A DNA stretch of 64,000 nucleotides. Origin: a virus. The number at the start of each line of letters is the position of its first letter. The first letter of the stretch is position 1. The position numbers and the translations under genes are program-made. Positions 57,560 through 64,000 of the stretch are shown here, in pieces. Location of the stretch: the IMG/VR virus record IMGVR_UViG_3300027770_000032. One strand, 5' to 3'. The notes beneath the pieces were generated by a model. That model did no database searches. It had not been told where the DNA came from and was given only the letters and a program-made list of their open reading frames with translations.

Positions 57560-57588
57560 TGTACAGAAAGTAGCAAATGCAGTATATT
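57560..57588 (+). promoter_or_regulatory. Early-type promoter TGTACA-N17-TATATT
   Basis: Recurrent motif. Confidence 0.65.
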
Positions 57589-57765
57589 AAAATAGATAAC
57601 GATATGTGGGACGATCTTAGCAAAATTTGGTTTGTTCATAAGCATGAAACAAATCCAAACTCGACTGCTGTAAAACTTACGATTGAAGACACCAAAACAG
57701 GTGAAATTCAAACGCGAACTGTTCCTCAAAACCAAATTGAGTGGCTCGAACCGAAGGACTTTTAA
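57577..57765 (+). CDS. Hypothetical protein
   Basis: Coupled to next ORF. Confidence 0.5.
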   Translation: MQYIKIDNDMWDDLSKIWFVHKHETNPNSTAVKLTIEDTKTGEIQTRTVPQNQIEWLEPKDF

Positions 57766-58310
57766 TGCTATATACGGGATCGGGAAATATACCTCATCAT
57801 ATCTATTGTTGGGTAGATTCTTCGTTCATTCGTAAAGATGCCAAACCAAATACGTTCGAACCGTGTGTATGGTTTGCACTTCATGCCAAAGCTGGACATT
57901 CTTGGGGTTGTCATGTCATGTTGGAATGTGGAGCAGTTTGGCGTGGAGTTCCTCCTCATGCCTTGGCATTTTCTCCAAATCCTGAGAAAACTTGGCATCT
58001 TGAAGATACACAGATATGGGATTGCTATGGCGATCAGTTTTCTGTTTTAATATATAGTTATCTACATAGCCAACAAGCAGAAATTCGAAAGAGCGGCCTT
58101 TTTGGTCGTTATCTTTTTACAGTGGTTCCAATGCATGATGGATATTCACAAGATCCTTCTCAATCGAAGGAATTTATGTTTATTCAATTAGATAATGGCA
58201 GACTAACTATTATGCCTACCAATGAACTTCGATTCCATGATAAATCATATACCGAAGGCGATTGGCCGAAAGATATTAAACTAAACACCAGTACTTGGAG
58301 AGTTGAATGA
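57765..58310 (+). CDS. Hypothetical protein
   Basis: LECGA.W...P..A, QIWDC, LDNG...P.N pattern. Confidence 0.7.
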   Translation: MLYTGSGNIPHHIYCWVDSSFIRKDAKPNTFEPCVWFALHAKAGHSWGCHVMLECGAVWRGVPPHALAFSPNPEKTWHLEDTQIWDCYGDQFSVLIYSYLHSQQAEIRKSGLFGRYLFTVVPMHDGYSQDPSQSKEFMFIQLDNGRLTIMPTNELRFHDKSYTEGDWPKDIKLNTSTWRVE

Positions 58311-59380
58311 CCGTTTTTTCAAACGAAATGTTTGATGCTACAGAACAGAATTGTTTCTTCGGAAAACAAGTAAACATTGCTCGTTACGATAAGCAACGTT
58401 ATAACATCTTCGAGAAGCTGACAGATAAGCAACTTGGATTCTTTTGGAGACCAGAAGAAGTTGATCTGTCAAGAGACGGTAAAGACTTTAAAGGGTTAAC
58501 CGACCATGAAAAGCACATCTTCACAAGCAATCTCAAAAGACAGATTCTTCTTGACTCTGTTCAAGGACGTGCGCCTAGCTTGGCGTTTCTACCAATTTGT
58601 TCGCTCCCCGAACTCGAAACCTGGATCCAAACATGGACATTTTCCGAAACGATTCATAGTCGATCCTACACTCATATCATTCGAAACGTTTATTCAGATC
58701 CGTCAAGGGTATTTGACGAGATGCTCGACATTCAAGAAATAGCAGACTGTGCTTATGATATTAGCAAATACTATGATAACTTAATTAGTTTTAATGTCAG
58801 ATGGAATGGTGATGTTGCACATTACGACCATAAGAAAGCCTTATGGCTTTGTCTGAATGCTGTGAATGCTTTAGAAGGAGTAAGGTTCTATGTCTCGTTT
58901 GCGTGTAGCTGGGCTTTCGCCGAAGTTAAGAAAATGGAGGGTAACGCCAAGATCATCAAGCTCATCGCGCGGGACGAGAACGTTCACCTTGCCTCGACAC
59001 AACAGCTCCTCAAAATTCTACCGAAAGAGGATCCAGACTTTGCTCGCATACAAGAAGAGACACGAGATGAGTGTATCGGCATGTTTTATCGCGTGGTCGA
59101 CCAAGAGAAAAGTTGGGCATCTTACCTTTTCCAGAATGGTTCTATGATTGGTCTGAATGAAGAACTTCTTTGTAATTATGTCGACCATATTGCTGCAAAA
59201 CGAATGGGTGCTATCGGCTTGAATGGCAAACCTGGAGCGAATCCTTTGCCATGGACACAGAAGTGGATTTCAGGTTCTGATGTTCAAGTTGCCCCGCAAG
59301 AAACAGAAATTACTAGCTATGTGATTGGTGGAGTGAAAAAAGATGTTGATGAAAACACGTTCAAAGGATTTACGTTATAA
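58307..59380 (+). CDS. nrdB: Ribonucleotide reductase class Ia beta subunit
   Basis: FFWRPEEVD, ETIHSRSY, EGVRFYVSFA, RDENVH, VAPQETE. Confidence 0.98.
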   Translation: MTVFSNEMFDATEQNCFFGKQVNIARYDKQRYNIFEKLTDKQLGFFWRPEEVDLSRDGKDFKGLTDHEKHIFTSNLKRQILLDSVQGRAPSLAFLPICSLPELETWIQTWTFSETIHSRSYTHIIRNVYSDPSRVFDEMLDIQEIADCAYDISKYYDNLISFNVRWNGDVAHYDHKKALWLCLNAVNALEGVRFYVSFACSWAFAEVKKMEGNAKIIKLIARDENVHLASTQQLLKILPKEDPDFARIQEETRDECIGMFYRVVDQEKSWASYLFQNGSMIGLNEELLCNYVDHIAAKRMGAIGLNGKPGANPLPWTQKWISGSDVQVAPQETEITSYVIGGVKKDVDENTFKGFTL

Positions 59381-59517
59381 TGGATTGGATTACTTGCCCT
59401 TCGTGTGACGAAGAATTTAAAATAATTACTGAGAGTACAACTCTACCTGAATATTGCCCATACTGTTCCGCAGAGCTTGATCTTGAAGATCCATTCGACG
59501 AAGAATATGAAGAATAA
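59380..59517 (+). CDS. Small zinc-ribbon protein
   Basis: CPSC...YCPYC, acidic tail; coupled to nrdB. Confidence 0.6.
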   Translation: MDWITCPSCDEEFKIITESTTLPEYCPYCSAELDLEDPFDEEYEE

Positions 59518-59547
59518 ATAGATCTTTCTCCTAATGGAATGTGATCT

Positions 59548-59967
59548 ATGTGGTTATACGAAGACAAAGAATTTATTGATGTCGAAGATTATTATGGTTT
59601 CATATATGTTATTGAAAACTTAATCAACGGCCGAAAATATATTGGTCGCAAGTATCTGACTAAGGCCGGATACAAAACTGTCAAAGGCAAACGAAAGAAG
59701 CTCCGCGTAGAGTCCGATTGGCGAGACTACTACGGATCTTCGACTTCCCTCAAAGAAGATATTGATCTCTACGGAAAAGATAACTTTCGTAGAACGATCT
59801 TAAGACTCTGTAAGGGTCGCGGAGAATGTAATTACTTTGAAACGAAATATATATTTGATAACGATGCCATTTTAGATCCTCAGTATTATAATACTTGGGT
59901 GTCTTGTAAAATTCAAGCAAGCCACGTAAAGGCTTTACTTTTCAACCCTGAACAGGAGAATTTATGA
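59548..59967 (+). CDS. GIY-YIG endonuclease (short, Seg-like)
   Basis: GFIY...YIG, YYGSS, E...YYN. Confidence 0.85.
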   Translation: MWLYEDKEFIDVEDYYGFIYVIENLINGRKYIGRKYLTKAGYKTVKGKRKKLRVESDWRDYYGSSTSLKEDIDLYGKDNFRRTILRLCKGRGECNYFETKYIFDNDAILDPQYYNTWVSCKIQASHVKALLFNPEQENL

Positions 59968-59968
59968 G

Positions 59969-60358
59969 GTGGGTAAGGTACTCGAACATAAGCATTTGAT
60001 TGTAAGAGCAGAGCTCAAGAATCCTCCACAATGCACAGAAGCCATTGAAACGTGGATGAAAAAGCTCGTCAATCAAATTGATATGAAAATTTTAATGGGA
60101 CCATATGCGGTGTATTCTGATATGGTTGGTAACCGTGGTTTGACTGCCGTGACTATTATTGAGACGAGTCATATCGCTCTACATGTTTGGGATGAGTGTG
60201 AACCTGCGCTTGCTCAACTCGATGTATACACGTGCAGCGCTTTGAATACTAATGATGTCTTCGAAGCCATGAAAGAATGGGATCCTACTCAAGTCGAATA
60301 TAAGTATATCGACAGAGAACATGAACTGTGTACATTAATTGAGAAACGTGTTATATAA
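59969..60358 (+). CDS. Pyruvoyl-dependent AdoMet decarboxylase-family proenzyme
   Basis: HKHLI, GLT...IETSHIALHVW, QLDVYTC. Confidence 0.85.
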   Translation: MGKVLEHKHLIVRAELKNPPQCTEAIETWMKKLVNQIDMKILMGPYAVYSDMVGNRGLTAVTIIETSHIALHVWDECEPALAQLDVYTCSALNTNDVFEAMKEWDPTQVEYKYIDREHELCTLIEKRVI

Positions 60359-60359
60359 T
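60329..60359 (+). promoter_or_regulatory. Early-type promoter TGTACA...TATATAAT
   Basis: Recurrent motif at gene boundary. Confidence 0.6.
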
Positions 60360-60390
60360 AGTATATGAACAATAAAAATGAGGTATTATA

Positions 60391-60660
60391 ATGGGTAAAA
60401 AGAGAACACGTAAGACAGTTACTTCGAAAGGACAGCGTCGTAATATCGTCGCCGGCGTAAAAGAAGTTCGTCAAGCGCGAAGTGAAGGAGAAGTTGCTTA
60501 TAATAAACTCGAAGCGTGGCGCAAAGGACAGAATCCATGGATTACTGTTCCTGGTCCAAGCACAAAGTGTCGCTTGATGAAAGTCAAAGCAAATGCCGTT
60601 TGGGGCAATCCAAAAAATCGTTCAACCGGTATTTACAGCAAAGTAACAAACGATGGTTAA
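60391..60660 (+). CDS. Basic hypothetical protein
   Basis: GAGGT SD; AWRKGQNPWITV. Confidence 0.65.
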   Translation: MGKKRTRKTVTSKGQRRNIVAGVKEVRQARSEGEVAYNKLEAWRKGQNPWITVPGPSTKCRLMKVKANAVWGNPKNRSTGIYSKVTNDG

Positions 60661-60907
60661 GAATGTATTGATCTATACGAAAGAAAATTGCCCTTATTGT
60701 ACACAAGCAAAAAACTTGTTTACAAATAAAGGACAACAGTATATAGAGAAGAAGATAGGAAAAGATCTTACACGCGAAGAGTTTATGGAAAACTTTCCAG
60801 ATGTAAGAACAGTTCCTTTTATTATTATTGACACAGAAAAGGTAGGTGGTTATGACAAACTCATTGAATGGTACGACAGACCAGAACGAAGCTTCTTGGC
60901 GGAATGA
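60653..60907 (+). CDS. Glutaredoxin
   Basis: CPYC, TVP, GGY. Confidence 0.92.
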   Translation: MVKNVLIYTKENCPYCTQAKNLFTNKGQQYIEKKIGKDLTREEFMENFPDVRTVPFIIIDTEKVGGYDKLIEWYDRPERSFLAE

Positions 60908-61157
60908 ATACCTCAAAGGTATTCTTCAAACTGGAATCGCAAATGTTACCTTCGTAAAGAAGGATGGCACAGAACGAGTTCTTCGTTGCACTCTGTCTCC
61001 GACACAACTTCCGGAACAGACTGATCTTGAAAAAGCTTTTAAACAACAAAAGACTCCAAATCCAGATGTACTCGCTGTATGGGATCTCGAAAATAAGGGA
61101 TGGCGTTCATTCCGTTACGACTCGATTCTCGGCTTTAGTATAGTACACGTCGAGTGA
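60852..61157 (+). CDS. WYL-like SH3-fold protein
   Basis: VTFVKKDGTER..CT, WDLE..GWRSF. Confidence 0.7.
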   Translation: MTNSLNGTTDQNEASWRNEYLKGILQTGIANVTFVKKDGTERVLRCTLSPTQLPEQTDLEKAFKQQKTPNPDVLAVWDLENKGWRSFRYDSILGFSIVHVE

Positions 61158-61498
61158 TCTACATGGTCGATATTGATCAGACTATCTGTCTGACTCCTTT
61201 TATGGATGGAAAGCATCGATATGAACTTTCCATCCCATTTAGGCAGCGTATTGAAGAGATAAATAAACTATACGATCAAGGCCACACTATTAAGTATTGG
61301 ACTGCTCGTGGTTCAGGATCGGGCATCGACTGGACTGAACTCACTACACAACAACTAAATGATTGGGACTGCAAGTTTCACGAAGTTCGAGTCGGAAAAC
61401 CGTCATACGATATATGGATCGATGACAAGGCTATCAGTGATAAGGATTTCTTTGCAATTGCAGACCGATCGATCTTTCCAGGATTTGAAGATGAATAA
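61154..61498 (+). CDS. Small HAD phosphatase
   Basis: DIDQT, WTARG, GKP, WIDDK. Confidence 0.82.
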   Translation: MIYMVDIDQTICLTPFMDGKHRYELSIPFRQRIEEINKLYDQGHTIKYWTARGSGSGIDWTELTTQQLNDWDCKFHEVRVGKPSYDIWIDDKAISDKDFFAIADRSIFPGFEDE

Positions 61499-62480
61499 TC
61501 AAGAACGAATTGAATTGAATGAACTGAATAAGGAATCGAATGGCGGAACAGAACTTACCACTCGAAATCTCTTCCATCGACTATCAAGTGATGAACTCGA
61601 TGGTGTCCAAATTATCACTGCTCGCGTCCGCGACCTCGATCCTGACCGAATTAAGATCTATCATTTACATGATCTCGCCGGTGATCCGGAAGCTGCACAT
61701 CTTCAAGATCCGACTTCTCGAGCTCGCTTTCAAAAGTTGGTCTTCAGCTCGAACTGGCAGTATCAACAGTATCGTGACTATCTTGGAATTCCATATAGCA
61801 ATCATTCAACAGTTATCGAAACAGGCATCGAGCCTATTCCACTCGTTGACAAACCAAAGGACAAGATACGCCTCATTTATACATCCACACCTCATCGTGG
61901 ATTGGAGATTTTGGTTCCTGTCTTTTGTGCTCTTGCCGAAAAATACCCCAATATTGAACTAGACGTGTTTTCTTCGTTCGGTATCTATGGTCCTGGATGG
62001 CAGGGACGCGACGAAGCGTACAAGCCTATCTTCGATCGGATGAAGGAGCACCCACAGATCAACTACCATGGATGGGCAGATCAAGAGACTGTTCGAGCTG
62101 CATATCAACGCGCACACATCTTTGCATATCCTTGTATCTGGCCTGAAACTTCTTGTCGTTCTTTGATTGAAGCGATGTCAGCTGGTTGTCTTGCGGTACA
62201 TCCTAACTTCTCGGCACTGGCTGACACGTCGGGTGGGTTGACTGTCCAGTATGATGGAGATCATGAGGATCAAAATCTCCATGCTAATATCTTTGCACAT
62301 ACTCTCATGTATGCCATCGAAAATGTTCAGAACAACGACATTACTAATATGATGTCATTCGTCAAAGCATACGCAGACACTCGCTTCGGTTGGGATTCTG
62401 TCATTCCCAAGTGGAAGGGACTCATCGCTTCGTTAAAGGAACAACACCGTGATATTGGCCAAGGCACCACTCAGAGTTAG
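61491..62480 (+). CDS. GT-B glycosyltransferase
   Basis: GGTE, YTSTPHRGL, ETSCRSLIEAMSAG (E-x7-E). Confidence 0.85.
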   Translation: MNNQERIELNELNKESNGGTELTTRNLFHRLSSDELDGVQIITARVRDLDPDRIKIYHLHDLAGDPEAAHLQDPTSRARFQKLVFSSNWQYQQYRDYLGIPYSNHSTVIETGIEPIPLVDKPKDKIRLIYTSTPHRGLEILVPVFCALAEKYPNIELDVFSSFGIYGPGWQGRDEAYKPIFDRMKEHPQINYHGWADQETVRAAYQRAHIFAYPCIWPETSCRSLIEAMSAGCLAVHPNFSALADTSGGLTVQYDGDHEDQNLHANIFAHTLMYAIENVQNNDITNMMSFVKAYADTRFGWDSVIPKWKGLIASLKEQHRDIGQGTTQS

Positions 62481-63399
62481 TTTTTTCGGTGGGGGTAGCG
62501 ATATCCCCACGCACTTTGCAACATGGGGTGGAGCAACCATCTCAACGGCTATCGACAATTATGTCTATGTAGCAGTTATGCATACACCACACGACCACAT
62601 TAAAGTGTCTTACTCAAAGCTTGAGTGCGTCACAGACGTCGAAGATATTCAGAACGAAATCGTTCGTAACGCGCTCAAGTTCTTCGGTATCAAATCCAAC
62701 ATCGAAATCACATCATTCGCAGACATTCCCACGATCGGTAACGGTCTTGGTGGATCGTCTGCCTTTACTTGTGCCTTGATCAAGGCTTTGTCTGCCTATC
62801 TTGGTTATGAATACGTCAATCCATATGGCCTTGCGAAAACTGCTTGTCATATCGAGATTGACTTATGTGGTTGGAAGATCGGTATGCAAGATCAGTTTGC
62901 ATCTGCATTTGGTGGTATGAATTACATTGAGTATGCTAATGAACTTGGTAATGGTCGTGTAGATGTCAAGCGGCTTGATTCGAATAGTATCGAAAACTAT
63001 ATGATTTTGATTCCAACTAATATCGAACATCATGCAGCAAAGATTCTTGATAAGATCAACTTTGAAGCCAAGACATTCGTTATTCGCCAACTCGCAGATA
63101 TGGCAAAGATGCAGAGTACACAACGCGTGAATATCAACGAATATGGTGGATTATTAAACTCTGCGTGGATGTTAAAGAAACAGATGACTGAAGGCATCTC
63201 TTCAGAAGAGATAGATAGTATGTATGATCGATGCCAATCTGCAGGAGCACTCGGATCTAAACTGCTTGGTGCAGGAGGAGGCGGATACATGTTAGCACTC
63301 ACAGATTCAAAGAGCGCAATTCGCCAAGAATTCTCAGATAGAATATGCCTAGATGTAGGCATCTCACATGAAGGAGCAAAAGTTGTTTATAGAGACTGA
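62449..63399 (+). CDS. hddA: D-glycero-alpha-D-manno-heptose-7-phosphate kinase (GHMP family)
   Basis: APLRVSFFGGGSD, GLGGSS, QDQF..AFGG, KLLGAGGGG. Confidence 0.85.
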   Translation: MILAKAPLRVSFFGGGSDIPTHFATWGGATISTAIDNYVYVAVMHTPHDHIKVSYSKLECVTDVEDIQNEIVRNALKFFGIKSNIEITSFADIPTIGNGLGGSSAFTCALIKALSAYLGYEYVNPYGLAKTACHIEIDLCGWKIGMQDQFASAFGGMNYIEYANELGNGRVDVKRLDSNSIENYMILIPTNIEHHAAKILDKINFEAKTFVIRQLADMAKMQSTQRVNINEYGGLLNSAWMLKKQMTEGISSEEIDSMYDRCQSAGALGSKLLGAGGGGYMLALTDSKSAIRQEFSDRICLDVGISHEGAKVVYRD

Positions 63400-63967
63400 T
63401 ATCATACTTGATCACCTCGGCCTGATTAATATCGGCTTTGCTAGCATTGATCAAGAAGAATTTAAGAAAGCCGCCGAACTTATTTGGATGACCAGCATTT
63501 CCAATAATCGAAATAACATCTATACGATTGGTAATGGTGCTTCTGCTTCGATCGCTCAACATTGGGCATGTGACTATACCAAAGGTTGCAAGCAAGGTGG
63601 ATTACGACCACGGGTCATCTCGCTAGCAGCAAATATTCCACTCATGACTGCCATCTCCAATGATATCAGCTATGACGATGTCTATTCGTTTCAACTCGAA
63701 GCGCTTGGTCAAGAAGACGATGTACTCGTAGCCATCTCTTCGAGTGGCAATTCTCCAAATGTTGTGAAGGCAATTGAGACTGCTAAGTCTTTGAATATGA
63801 AGACTATTGCATTGTCAGGATTTAAATCAGATAATAAATGTACTCAACTTGCAGATATTTCTTTGCACGTTGACATTCAAGAATACGAAGCAGCAGAAGA
63901 CGTCCATCAAGCCATTATGCATATGATTGCTAAATATATTCGAAACAGAAATAAGGTAACTATATAA
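63368..63967 (+). CDS. gmhA: Phosphoheptose isomerase (SIS domain)
   Basis: GNGASAS.AQH, TAISND, ISSSGNSPNV, EDVH. Confidence 0.88.
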   Translation: MKEQKLFIETDIILDHLGLINIGFASIDQEEFKKAAELIWMTSISNNRNNIYTIGNGASASIAQHWACDYTKGCKQGGLRPRVISLAANIPLMTAISNDISYDDVYSFQLEALGQEDDVLVAISSSGNSPNVVKAIETAKSLNMKTIALSGFKSDNKCTQLADISLHVDIQEYEAAEDVHQAIMHMIAKYIRNRNKVTI

Positions 63968-64000
63968 TGTCAGAGCAACCAGTATCAATTCATCAAATTC

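Noticed and set aside
54414-59380. Introns or inteins in nrdA, nrdB, gp43, gp41 or thyX
   Set aside because: All are uninterrupted and of normal length
59548-59967. Mobile homing endonuclease or true denA ortholog
   Set aside because: Single short catalytic domain with no DNA-binding extension or intron; position after nrdB is suggestive but orthology cannot be shown by eye
2695-60359. CRISPR array or IS ends from the recurring AAAATAAACATGTACA
   Set aside because: Copies are dispersed, irregularly spaced and explained as promoters; no cas or transposase
1-64000. Alternative genetic code or stop-codon reassignment
   Set aside because: Standard-code ORFs tile the window, all three stops end genes, and no suppressor tRNA is seen

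Overview
A 64-kb segment of a large T4-like lytic myophage, probably infecting an alphaproteobacterium (inferred from the peroxiredoxin type and TCGA-rich composition). Nearly all genes are on the + strand. The T4 replication core (gp46, gp45, gp44, gp62, regA, gp43, uvsX, gp41, gp61, nrdA, nrdB, thyX) is split by accessory blocks. (1) A DNA-modification cluster combines a near-canonical T4 gp42 dCMP hydroxymethylase with two aGPT-Pplase/amino acid:DNA transferase-like paralogs, a PLP enzyme, a UDG-fold protein, an SGNH protein and a glycosyltransferase, suggesting an undescribed cytosine hypermodification. (2) There are four tRNAs and two candidate structured ncRNAs. (3) A late-promoter operon joins curli secretion (CsgF, CsgG, two curlin-repeat proteins) to a FecR protein and an intact CHASE2 adenylate cyclase, a candidate phage-encoded trans-envelope signalling system. 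(4) A late block holds proteins with T4 capsid-targeting-like N-termini and repeated prohead-protease-like sites. (5) Lysis genes include an embedded Rz/Rz1 spanin pair and an M15+GH19 endolysin. (6) A heptose biosynthesis/glycosyltransferase cluster closes the window. About 19 TGTACA-N17-TAnnnT promoters and several TATAAATA late promoters are visible. All calls come from motif recognition by eye; no searches were run.
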